Shown: in pieces, positions 38,994-48,500 of the stretch
Numbering within the stretch: position 1 is the stretch's first letter
How the letters are laid out: each line of letters starts with the position of its first letter
Origin: Giardia intestinalis
Lineage: Eukaryota
Length of the DNA stretch: 64,000 nt
Assembly (NCBI GenBank): GCA_000002435.2
Contig: CM018792.1
Direction: 5' to 3' (one strand)
The notes under the pieces: generated by a model
The model's input: the letters and a program-made list of their open reading frames with translations, nothing else
The model's database searches: none
Told to the model about the DNA's origin: nothing
Position numbers and translations under genes: made by a program

Positions 38994-39050
38994 CCACTAT
39001 CACCCTCTATCATCACCCTCTATCACACACTATCACCTTCTATCACACAT
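38994..39050. repeat. Phased CTATCAC repeat (5 copies at ~10-bp spacing) between the two tandem VSP genes
   Basis: CTATCAC at 38997, 39007, 39019, 39029 and 39039 (forward strand; GTGATAG on the VSP coding strand). Confidence 0.7.
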
Positions 39051-39072
39051 TGTACAGCATTCACTACCTAAG

Positions 39073-41049
39073 TCACGCCTTCCCCCTGCAGAGGAACCAC
39101 CAGCAGAGGAAGCCCACGAGGCCCCCCACGACAGCGACCACAGCGACGGAGATCCCCGCGATGGCCCCCGTGGAGAGCCCGCCCCTGTTGACGCTTCCGC
39201 CGGTGTTGTCGCCAGTGCCGTCGCCCATCTCGAGGCACATGAACGCACCGGTGGATGACACCGTGCACTGCCTGCACCCAGCGAGCCCCTCAGAGCACGG
39301 ATTACACTTTGTCCCAGCACTCTGCGGTTTGTAATATCCAGTGCTGCATGTAGCACAGGCGTTAGCGTCGTTAGCAGCCGTGCATGTCTCGCAGCTAAGA
39401 TGGCACCTTTTATTGGAACAATCGCCATTATCAGCCGTTAGACCACTGGCACATTTTGTACATTTTCCTCCCTGCACTGTAGTACACACCTGCTTGCCAG
39501 GCTGTCTATCTGTCTGATAGCAACCACCATCTTTGAGGAAGTAGTTATTTTCACATTGAGTGCATGCTCCATTACTCACCGTAGTGCAAAATCGTGTTCG
39601 CGTATTGGCCGCACAGTTGCCATCCAGTGGTGCCTGTTGAGTGTTCTTGCACTTTGAGCAGTATGCAGTTCCTCCTATTTGGGCCCCACACTCTGCGCAT
39701 CCATCGTTTGCAGGGCTCACGCTGCACTGGTTCATGCACGTGCCCCCATTGGCAGGAGTATCAGCATCTGTATACTGAAGCATCCTCCCAGCAGGACAAG
39801 CCGTACACTTATCAGCGCCCTCACCCTTGCACTCTATGCACGCATCGTTGCACTTCTTGCACTTTCTGTCAGTGTCATTTCCGTAGTAGCCCTTGAGGGT
39901 CGTGCAGTCAGATACGCATTGACTGGTTGGGGTGAGGTAGTACTCAGACAGACACTTTGTACAGACCTCCTTATCGGCACCTTCACCGGTGCACTCCAAA
40001 CAGTGCTCTGTGTTACAGTTACTGATTGGTTGGCATTCAGTCGATTCAGTATTAGGTTGGAGTCCTTCGTTGCACTCGCACATTTGGCTACCCTGCCCGG
40101 TGGCCTTGGGGGTAGAGTTAGCAGGGCAACTAGCAACGCACGACTTTCTGTTGAGACCAAAGATGGTCTTCTTGCCAGTCGTACATGTCTTGCAAACCAC
40201 TCCGTTGGCGCCTTTCTCACAAGTGGTGCAGTCCACCGTCCCTCCTGAAACGCAGGTGTTGCACTCCTTTGCTTCTTCATCAACGTAGTGGGTTGCCGGA
40301 CAACCAGCTGTATCAACACATTCTCCTGAATTACTAGAAGCATCTGTCACTTTAAGATATTCCTTGTCGTTGCCACCAGCTGATTTCAGCTTGCATCGTG
40401 TGCATTTGCTGTTTCCTGCTCCAACACATGTAGCGCAGTTATCATCGTTGCAGGCAGTGCATGCTGTTCCGCCAGAGGCAACAAAGAATCCTTCAAAGCA
40501 CGTCTTGCATGTGGCGGTTTTCCCCAAACGAAGAGCACCAGCAGGATTCTCTATTGTGCACGTCGCACAGTTCTGAACCCCCTTGTTTTCATCTATAGCT
40601 GTGGTTTGATTGCATGCAATACAGGACTCCTTCGTTTTATCGAGAGATTCTGTCGGATTCTTGAAATATCCCGGGCTGCACGCCTCGCAGACCCCTTGAG
40701 TTTGTGACGCCTGCGTGTCCTCGCAAATGAGATTCCCCGGCTCCGTCCCTATCTTGTAACATCCTCCCCTGTGCAGGAAGAAGCCGGCTTTACAAGATGT
40801 ACATGTGCCATCATTCTTTGTTGTACATGCTCCTTCAGCATCCTCGCCTGTAGTTATGCACTTTCCATTGACAAGATGCTCTGCTGCTGTCGAGCACTGG
40901 GAGCAGAAGTTTGAGCCCCCAATCCAGACGTCGCACTTGTCCTGTTTGCATTTCTTTGATTCCGGGTCGCTGGTAGCCACTGTGCATGTTTCTGCCGCAG
41001 CCCATACCACTTGCAGGATGGCGATTCCGAAGATGATTTTCTCGAACAT
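39073..41049 (-). CDS. Variant-specific surface protein (VSP), apparently intact (658 aa from ATG)
   Basis: Track start 41070 is GTG. The in-frame ATG at 41049 gives the signal peptide MFEKIIFGIAILQVVWAAAETC. Numerous CXXC motifs. GGTC/GGCY-type Cys-rich repeats. C-terminal TM plus CRGKA* and an AGTGAAT poly(A) signal right after the stop. Confidence 0.9.
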   Translation of the reverse strand: MFEKIIFGIAILQVVWAAAETCTVATSDPESKKCKQDKCDVWIGGSNFCSQCSTAAEHLVNGKCITTGEDAEGACTTKNDGTCTSCKAGFFLHRGGCYKIGTEPGNLICEDTQASQTQGVCEACSPGYFKNPTESLDKTKESCIACNQTTAIDENKGVQNCATCTIENPAGALRLGKTATCKTCFEGFFVASGGTACTACNDDNCATCVGAGNSKCTRCKLKSAGGNDKEYLKVTDASSNSGECVDTAGCPATHYVDEEAKECNTCVSGGTVDCTTCEKGANGVVCKTCTTGKKTIFGLNRKSCVASCPANSTPKATGQGSQMCECNEGLQPNTESTECQPISNCNTEHCLECTGEGADKEVCTKCLSEYYLTPTSQCVSDCTTLKGYYGNDTDRKCKKCNDACIECKGEGADKCTACPAGRMLQYTDADTPANGGTCMNQCSVSPANDGCAECGAQIGGTAYCSKCKNTQQAPLDGNCAANTRTRFCTTVSNGACTQCENNYFLKDGGCYQTDRQPGKQVCTTVQGGKCTKCASGLTADNGDCSNKRCHLSCETCTAANDANACATCSTGYYKPQSAGTKCNPCSEGLAGCRQCTVSSTGAFMCLEMGDGTGDNTGGSVNRGGLSTGAIAGISVAVVAVVGGLVGFLCWWFLCRGKA

Positions 41050-41447
41050 TGCCGGCAGCCCATAGAGCACGCAACACCAGGCGACGCTGCCACGTGGTGA
41101 GTGAGGATAATGTGCACCTCACAGGCATGCCCCGGTGTAGCGGATCTCTGGTGTCCTAGCGGCCTCTCCTGTGTGTGGCGTCTCTAGGTACCAAGGAGAG
41201 AATGGGCGTTGTGACATCTCAAGAACGGCCCCTCGCACATCACCGGTACCTGCGACAGTAGCCACCACCCCACGAATGGTCCGCTCAGATAGTGAATACG
41301 TCCACTGCTATGAAACTGGACCGATGCTCTTCACAAGAGCTGCCTGGACGGGAAGAAGCGCTGTGCTGTTGGGATTGCCTGTAAGCGCACCCAGAAATCC
41401 CACGAGTAAGTTTCACTCTTGTGGTCGTGTCCGGAGACAAACGTTAG

Positions 41448-41469
41448 TCCCTGATGATATCATCAGGGA
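41448..41469. repeat. 22-bp perfect palindrome TCCCTGATGATATCATCAGGGA in the divergent VSP/HCMP intergenic region
   Basis: Read directly: the first half ccctgatgat is the reverse complement of atcatcaggg, and the flanking t/a extend it to 22 bp. Confidence 0.8.
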
Positions 41470-41811
41470 TCTCTCTTTATTTGTATACCAGGAGTTGCTT
41501 GTATTCATCGGTCGTTTTGTGTAGTATGTGCTCAGACTGAGTGTGTGTCGACCTGCCTCACTTTTTGATCTTCTTTTATGTTGGGTGAAGTGAATCATCA
41601 TCGTCCAAGTAGTATCCGATTTCTTGAATCAAAAAACAGCGAGAATGCCGCTCTACGTGACAGTTCCCATGCTTGACGTTAACTGTACCGGTTGACTACG
41701 CAAGAATCTATGCGAGTCTTATGTTTCCGAGTATTTCTATAACAAAAGTAGTGTGATAGGATTCTCTATTAAATATGGATGCATTAAAAACTTGCTTTCT
41801 CCAGGAGTCTC

Positions 41812-44313
41812 ATGATCGGTTTCGTCTCGCTTCTCCTATGCGGTATTTTCTCAGAATGCACCCAGGATAGCGAGTGTGGCGGCGCCGGGGGTACTTGTGA
41901 TGTCACGATCGGCGGTAAGAAGTACTGCTCCAAGTGCGACGGAGCGCGGGTCCCCGTCAACGGAGTTTGCAGATTGTTGAATGTATCTCGTAGTATATGC
42001 CAAGTTCCATTGAATAGCGCGGGTACTGGCTCTTGTACAGGCTGCATCCGTGACTTCCTCTTCTACAGGGGCGGGTGCTACCGCACGGCATCCCTGATCA
42101 ACGCCATATGCAAGGAGAAGCACATCGTCGAGGAGGGGATGTACTGCGGGGCGTGCGCCATCGAGGGCGACGTCCCGATCGACGGGGTGTGCGTATCAGC
42201 AAGCACAGATAGCTCTGGAAACACGTGCGACAAGGGCGTGTGCACGACATGCGCAAGCGGATACTTCTTCCACTACGGGTCATGCTACAAATTCGGAGGA
42301 TCTCCAGGCAGCACTGTGTGTCCTAAGCCAACTAGCACTACTGGCTCTGTCTGTGATTCTTGCGGGTCGAAGTTCGTCAAGAACCCCAGTGCGAGCTCGT
42401 CTGCCACCTCCTGCCTCGCGTGCTACGGGCTGGACGGGACCCTCTTCTGCGAGCGCTGCCGGATGAACGTGCTCACGAGCGCAGACGTGAAGCCCACTCT
42501 GTGCACACAGTGCAAAATAGGCTACGTGCCCGTGGATGGTCGTTGTGTGTCAACTTACTCTGCCACCTCGGCTCTTGCAGGGTGCTCTACCTATAGCGGT
42601 AATGAGAATACAAAGGGACTTTGCGAAACGTGCTCCTCCGGCTACATGCTCTTCTACGGGAGCTGCTACTCTGTCAACGGCCCCCTCGCCCAGGCCATCT
42701 GCAAGACCGAGAACCAGATCTACCTTGGGGGAAGGGTCTTCTGCAAGAGGTGCGCCCAGACAGACCACTACCCCATCAACGGCTTATGCATTGCTGATAA
42801 GGGATCACATACGTGCGAGGCGGGCATCTGCACAGCATGCGACACCAGCATGACCTCTGTCGACACCTCCAAGGTTTTCCTGTTCTACAACGGCTGCTAT
42901 GATGCAAACTCTGCAATCGGAAAGCTAATATGCCAGGAGGCGTCTAATGGAGCGTGTTCAACTTGCAATACAAACGAGACATCGAATATAATAGCTAATC
43001 CTAATTCTGCAGATGGCCAACCAAAATGTCTTGGATGTTGGGACGAGGCAGCTACTGGGGTGGCCAACTGCGGAGGGTGTGCGGCCGGCACAGACGGCGA
43101 TTCCAAGATCGTCTGTAGCAAGTGCACCGACTCGACGGAGCCCAAAGACAACACGTGCCCTCAGGCCCTCCCGCCCACAACGCCTGAAGGATGCGCCGTC
43201 CAGGGCTGCCAGGCGTGCTCGAAGGACTCCGCTACGACGTGCGACGCCTGCTTCGAGCCTCTCATCATGAAGGAGGACAAGACGAAGTGCTTCGGGAGTT
43301 GCCTGGCGCTGGGCCCGGGCTACTACAACAACTCTGGGATATGCAGCCCATGCATAGAGAACTGTCTCCTTTGTACAGACGGGGCCACGTGCTCCCAGTG
43401 CGCCGAAGGGTACTATCTCGAAGTGTCTGGTGCCGGCTCAACGACAGGAACCTGTAAGGCGTGTGCTACTGGATGCTCGACGTGCGCCAGTGCCGGTGAT
43501 AACCTTTGCTCTACGTGTGCTGTGGGATATTATGCTGCATTTGCTCCACGGCGCGGGGAAACGGGAAAATGCATTCTATGTAATGCCAGTGGGGATGGAT
43601 ATACTGGCGTCGCAAACTGTGCCGTTTGCTATAGTACTACAGGGGAAAGCGGAAATAAAAACGTTGTATGTAATACATGTGATGATGGATACATTAAACA
43701 GCACACAGGTAATACAGTCGTTTGTAACCTTCCGACTCCAGAATGCAATGCCGCAATGTGCTCGGTTTGTGTTGAAAATAACCCAGATCGTTGTGAGCAC
43801 TGCACGACCGGCGCGTACCTCTGCCCGCGGACGGCGACGTGCACGAAGGACTGCGCCAGCTGCGGCGGCTCGATGTACCCCGACGATGACCTCGGGGAGT
43901 GCCAGCCGTGCGACATCGCGAACTGCCGGGTCTGCGCGACGGGGCTCAAGTGCGAGAGCTGCGCGGAGAGCGCCGTCCCCATCTCCCCGGACGTCTACCA
44001 CACGGCGTGCATGGGCTGCAGCGACACCGGGGGCATGGACGGCTGGGTGGGCCTCGCGGGGTGCACGACCTGCGAGCTGACCGACAAGGGCGGCGGGAGC
44101 GTCAACTGCCTCGACCCCGGCTACTACCGGCGGGGCGGGCTCGGCGGGGGAGCAATCGCCGCCATCGTCATCGTCGTCCTCCTCGTCCTGGCCGTCGCCG
44201 GCTTCCTCGTCTGGTGGTTCGTCTTCAGGAGGGGCGGCCGGCCCAAGCGCGGGGCGAAGTACACATCGCTCATGCGGGGCGAGTCCTACGACTACCGCCA
44301 GTCTCTAATATGA
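41812..44313 (+). CDS. High-cysteine membrane protein (HCMP; VSP-like Cys-rich type I membrane protein without CRGKA tail), 833 aa
   Basis: ATG at 41812 with signal peptide MIGFVSLLLCGIFSEC. Dozens of CXXC/CXC motifs. C-terminal TM AIAAIVIVVLLVLAVAGFLVWWFVF, then a cytoplasmic tail RRGGRPKRGAKYTSLMRGESYDYRQSLI. AGTAAAC at 44320-44326, 7 nt after the stop. Confidence 0.9.
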   Translation: MIGFVSLLLCGIFSECTQDSECGGAGGTCDVTIGGKKYCSKCDGARVPVNGVCRLLNVSRSICQVPLNSAGTGSCTGCIRDFLFYRGGCYRTASLINAICKEKHIVEEGMYCGACAIEGDVPIDGVCVSASTDSSGNTCDKGVCTTCASGYFFHYGSCYKFGGSPGSTVCPKPTSTTGSVCDSCGSKFVKNPSASSSATSCLACYGLDGTLFCERCRMNVLTSADVKPTLCTQCKIGYVPVDGRCVSTYSATSALAGCSTYSGNENTKGLCETCSSGYMLFYGSCYSVNGPLAQAICKTENQIYLGGRVFCKRCAQTDHYPINGLCIADKGSHTCEAGICTACDTSMTSVDTSKVFLFYNGCYDANSAIGKLICQEASNGACSTCNTNETSNIIANPNSADGQPKCLGCWDEAATGVANCGGCAAGTDGDSKIVCSKCTDSTEPKDNTCPQALPPTTPEGCAVQGCQACSKDSATTCDACFEPLIMKEDKTKCFGSCLALGPGYYNNSGICSPCIENCLLCTDGATCSQCAEGYYLEVSGAGSTTGTCKACATGCSTCASAGDNLCSTCAVGYYAAFAPRRGETGKCILCNASGDGYTGVANCAVCYSTTGESGNKNVVCNTCDDGYIKQHTGNTVVCNLPTPECNAAMCSVCVENNPDRCEHCTTGAYLCPRTATCTKDCASCGGSMYPDDDLGECQPCDIANCRVCATGLKCESCAESAVPISPDVYHTACMGCSDTGGMDGWVGLAGCTTCELTDKGGGSVNCLDPGYYRRGGLGGGAIAAIVIVVLLVLAVAGFLVWWFVFRRGGRPKRGAKYTSLMRGESYDYRQSLI

Positions 44314-45123
44314 TTCCCCAGTAAACGGAGCTATCGCCTGCCGGTGCCTGTCTCTGAACGCGCATATCCCGGAGATGTCGACGGAGCCGAGGAGCCTCCG
44401 CGCCCGCAAGCGCTCCCCCGGAAAGGGCTCGGTGTCCGCCGTCTTCGAGATCGACACGCTGCACTCTGCGGCATCCGACGCGACGCAGGAGAGGCCGTTG
44501 TGGAGCACCACCCGGGAGATCTCGCTGACGTGGACGGACAGCATGGGCCGCAGGATGCACACTCGATGCCTGGCCCTGCTGGCAAAGTCCCTGACCTCGC
44601 AGTTGTAGTACCCCCGGAGCCCGAAGAAGGAGGCCCCGTGGACCCCGGTGATCGCCAGGGTCTCCAGGTCGTCCAGCAGGTGGTGGCCGAGGGCCAGGGC
44701 GTCGTAGCCGCCGGCGGACACAAAGCTCGCCAGTGTTCCGCGGCGGCAGCGAGAGCAGACGCTGCACGCAGACGCCTTCCTGGCCTCCTGCCCCGATGCA
44801 TCCAGGCGGGCGATCTTGGCCGAGACGTCCATCCCAACCACCTGCTGCTCGAACGTCATGGCTCCCTCTGCGGCGTCGTCGATCGATAGCGCACACGGGC
44901 AGAGGCTCCGTATCGTGTCCAGGATGAAGCCGGGTATCTTTGGGTCGAAGGTCACAGGGGTCACTTCCAGCGCCCCCAGGTCTCCTAGGCCGATGGGGTC
45001 AAACAGCCGCTTGATCATAGTAGCTGGAAGGAAGCCCACGCCTCTTCTGAAAGGACCAAAGTCGTCCGGTCTAGCCATCGGGACCAGTGGGTCAAACCGT
45101 TCAGCGTTAGAAGGAAAAGCCAT
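44305..45123 (-). CDS. TtcA/Ctu1-family PP-loop tRNA 2-thiolation-type protein homolog with degenerate PP-loop (272 aa)
   Basis: ATG at 45123. CSVCSRCRRGTLASFVSAGGYDALALGHHLLDDLETL matches the TtcA CxxC...RRG...ALGHHxDDxxETL core. Upstream DPKIPGF aligns to the TtcA DQKQPGF block. The residues where SGGKDS should sit read VGFLPA. Very GC-rich. The 3' end overlaps the HCMP 3' end by 9 bp. Confidence 0.6.
   Translation of the reverse strand: MAFPSNAERFDPLVPMARPDDFGPFRRGVGFLPATMIKRLFDPIGLGDLGALEVTPVTFDPKIPGFILDTIRSLCPCALSIDDAAEGAMTFEQQVVGMDVSAKIARLDASGQEARKASACSVCSRCRRGTLASFVSAGGYDALALGHHLLDDLETLAITGVHGASFFGLRGYYNCEVRDFASRARHRVCILRPMLSVHVSEISRVVLHNGLSCVASDAAECSVSISKTADTEPFPGERLRARRLLGSVDISGICAFRDRHRQAIAPFTGESY
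44320..44326 (+). promoter_or_regulatory. Polyadenylation signal AGTAAAC for the HCMP gene
   Basis: Canonical Giardia AGTRAAY heptamer 7 nt after the TGA stop. Confidence 0.6.
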
Positions 45124-45585
45124 TCTCGGGCGTCGCTAGTCTGCTGCTGTGGATCTCAGTGCGTTCCTACGTGGAACGAACCAATTACATGGCCAACGTG
45201 TAGCCACGTCACGCCTCTGGTACGAATATATCTACTGGGAAGGAATATAACGGAGAGTGATGGAAGAACAAGGCTACAATACGCTTGGTGATAGAGTAGA
45301 GAGGACCAGATTACTGGATCTAAAATTAGAAAGTGTAACTCTACGTGGCATCTCCTACTTAACAACCTACCTGACAAAAGTAATGACAGGACCATTTTAC
45401 TTGTTTAGCTGGTTAGACTCACACATACTCCATTAAAGTAGTGTATAATTGTGGTACAAGCCATAAGCAGCACTTATTGATAGCAATCCGTCATCGAGTA
45501 CAATCCAACCTGTACTCCTTATGTCCTTTGCAGAACTCAGCCTATATACAGTTTACTGAGCCAATCCGCTATAAACCTTTTCTGC

Positions 45586-48500
45586 CTACTTCTTTCTGTT
45601 ATGTCTTCTATTTTTAAGATTTGGCGGGATGTGCCCATGCTTCATCATCGCCCGTTTCTCTGCGTGACTGAGCATCTGCTTCTTTGCAATACGCTCGTCT
45701 CTCGTCCGCTTTTGAGTAACGAGTGTCATGCCTGCCTTTAGACGGGTTCTATCTTGTTTGCTGATATGCTTCCCAGTAAGAAGAGGAAGATAGGCATAAG
45801 GATCTGCTTTATTAGCGGTTTGTACATCACCTCCAGCACGCTTTGAACTGAACTCGTGACCTGTGTGCACAACCTTGAGTCTTCCACTGCTGTACTGCTT
45901 TCTCTGATTAATCTTCTTAATTTCAGATAATGTTCTGTTTAAGATGGCGTCGTTCTCTTTAATCTGGGTAAGCTTTTGTATATGTTCTGGCCTCAGACTA
46001 TCCCTCTCAACGGTCTCGTCAAGAAGCATCGCCATCGCCGAGTTGAGTGATTTGCCAAACTTCTTATTGTTTTTGAAAGGATCGTCAGCATCATTCGAAG
46101 AGTCTGGACACGGCTGCTTTTCCTCTAGGTCTATTACCTCTTCGGTTCCGTCAATTATATGCTTATAAATGTCCGCGAAGTCGGCATCATCGTCGCCATA
46201 AGACCTGATTCGCCCATGCATGTCCTCAGGAATTGATAGAGCAACATCCAGGTAATTCGGCAACGTGAACCTCCCTATCATCTGGTCAGAGGCCTTGTGT
46301 CTCAGCTTGGAAAGAACAGCCGAGACCATGCGCCTAGCAGACACGCATGCCTCAGCGGCAGCATCGCGGATAGCCACTAGTATTTCTGGGTCTAGGTTAT
46401 GGATAGGAGTTTCACTATTAGCAACTATATACTCCATCATGTCCTTGATGATTAAGTTGAAGGCCTCCTCATAGAGGTCCTTGGAATAACTGTATCCCAT
46501 GGCGAGGCCAAGTTGAAAGAGGATGTTTTTGACGACGGACCGATATGGAGAAGTCAGCGAGCCAATGACAAGGCGAAGCAACACCCGCGGGATCTCCTCG
46601 GCTATGGAAAGAAGTTCGGACGGTCCTGCTGCTGATATAAAGGCGGAGAAGAAATTCAGTAATCGTTTGGCAGAGTGAGTGGGAAGAGAAAGAGTATATC
46701 TGTAAGAGAATTCTGTTGTTTCTTCACCAGTCTCCGCGTCTGTTGAGGCAACCTTTCGCTTTTCTAGGAATAGGTTAGTCCTAATGTCTGCCAGTAACTG
46801 AGTGGCGATTGTGATAAAGAGCGGGTGGGTACAGTTGAAGTCAGAGATGTTGACGCCCTTTTCCAGAAGAATGTTTAAGTCTTCAACAAGAAGCTTTTTG
46901 ATAACTTCTGTCATTCCAATCATAATTATCTGGAGGAGATATGCATAGTTTGCCCACACGTCAACAGAAGAGTTCTGCGGTGGCTGCAGGCAATCAGTGA
47001 TCTTCTGAACAGCCTCATAAATATCCAGCTTCAGCGAGCCAAGCGACTCATTGTTGCAGCATTGTCTACAGGCCTTTACTGTCGCTGCCTTAATCATTTC
47101 TGATGCCATGTGCCTGACACGCATGTTATTATCACTCAGACAGAGATATATATCACGTGCAAACTCCGAAAGAATGTGAGACGGCTCCAAATTAAATACC
47201 TCTGAAGAGCGGACTATGTCAGCATAAAGTCCAAAGCGATGGCGCTGCAATGCACCACCCCGGAAGGTTTCTGCGCCAGCTGACTCTATGGACGAGATAA
47301 TCGCCTGTGAAAGCTCGGGGTTGTCTTTAGAGGACGCATTCACAAGAAACCGTAAGATTTTATAGTGCAGTTTCTGCGCAGAAATAGTGTGTATAGTGGA
47401 AAGCTTGGAATCCAGCTCGAGAAACACAGGGACTGTCTGGGGACCGAGAGGAGAGAAGTTTGTAGCCGTAATACATCCAGAGAGAATACCATTGAAGACA
47501 TCAAAAAGGCTGGCCTGTGGTCCTGTGCCATCAATAATTCGCTTGATGACATTAGCACAGGCGGTGGATATTAAGGGCTTCTTTGCTAAAGACACTGCTA
47601 GCGGTAACAAAGTTACATAGGGATTGTTAGGAGGAGAGTCTGCAGCCAGCATGCGGTCCAGAAGAGGAGATAACAGCTTTGGAACCAGGAATCCTCCAAC
47701 AAATGAAAGACTAGCCTCAAAGAGACGCAAGTTTTTAATAACAGCGGCAGAAAGCTGAAAGGGCTCCGGCTTGGCAATGAGCTCCATAAGCAAAGTGCAT
47801 GTATCGCCAGTTGAAGAAAGCTCACTAGTAGGACCAGCTCCTTGAGAGGTGGATGATGTTTTGATAATGGACTCAACAAGCTTCGTGACATTAGCTCGTA
47901 GCGTAGAAAAGAACCGGAGAAGGTTGCCTATAGCAGAGCCACACGCATGAAGAGCGCGCTGCTCTGCTTCAGTTGATCCGAATAGGTTATCGATTAATAT
48001 GCTGCAGAAAATATCAACAGAGGTTTTAGTAGGGGCTTCAGCCAAAGCTATTGAGGTGTCCTGTGAATATCCAAGAAGATCGTCTACTACTGGATTGCGT
48101 GTTACCTCTGAGACTATGGCCCAGACCTGATCAAGAAGAATTGAACGCGTTCCTGCCTGCAGTTTTTTAAACGCTGATTGGTTGAGGATTGCTTCAAACA
48201 GATGTGTATAAATGAAGGAGAGGGAGGCTGACTTGCATTTAGAATAGTAGGAAAGAAGCCACAGATCAGTGGCACTTGAGGGAGTCTGAACTAGGTCCAT
48301 CAGCTTACTGGTGCCGTCGTCACTTACTAGTCCGCAGTTGAATGCTTTAAATGCCAACTGCAGATCCATGTGCTTGATGAATGAGGTAATGATGAGGATG
48401 CAAGTGTGATTCTCCGTATGGCGAGCACCTGCAACTAGCGCCGTAAAGAGTCCTTTGAGACCAGCAATAACCTCCTCACACTCTTGTTGTTCATTTTGCT

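Noticed and set aside
37241-40576. Numerous 60-190-aa ORFs on the plus strand and in alternative minus frames inside the VSP genes (e.g. 37354..37695, 38227..38625, 39679..40248, 39834..40343)
   Set aside because: They lie antisense to, or out of frame within, GC-rich VSP coding sequence, where stop codons are rare in every frame. Their translations are Pro/Ala/Arg-rich with no motifs. The VSP frames carry the diagnostic CXXC/CRGKA features.
41171-41524. 117-aa ORF inside the long VSP/HCMP intergenic region
   Set aside because: No AT-rich initiator, no poly(A) signal and no recognisable protein features. It more likely reflects chance openness, so the region is treated as regulatory/non-coding.
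42098-45139. Overlapping ORFs in the HCMP and TtcA-like region (e.g. 43430..44080 +, 44270..44896 -, 44344..44889 +, 44816..45139 +)
   Set aside because: Same GC-rich artefact. Only the HCMP frame (signal peptide, CXXC, TM) and the TtcA-like frame (CxxC...GHHxDD..ET motifs) are coherent.
45156-45395. 79-aa minus-strand ORF in the 460-bp gap after the large HEAT-like gene
   Set aside because: Low-complexity Leu/Ser-rich translation and no supporting signals. Possibly part of a 3' UTR.
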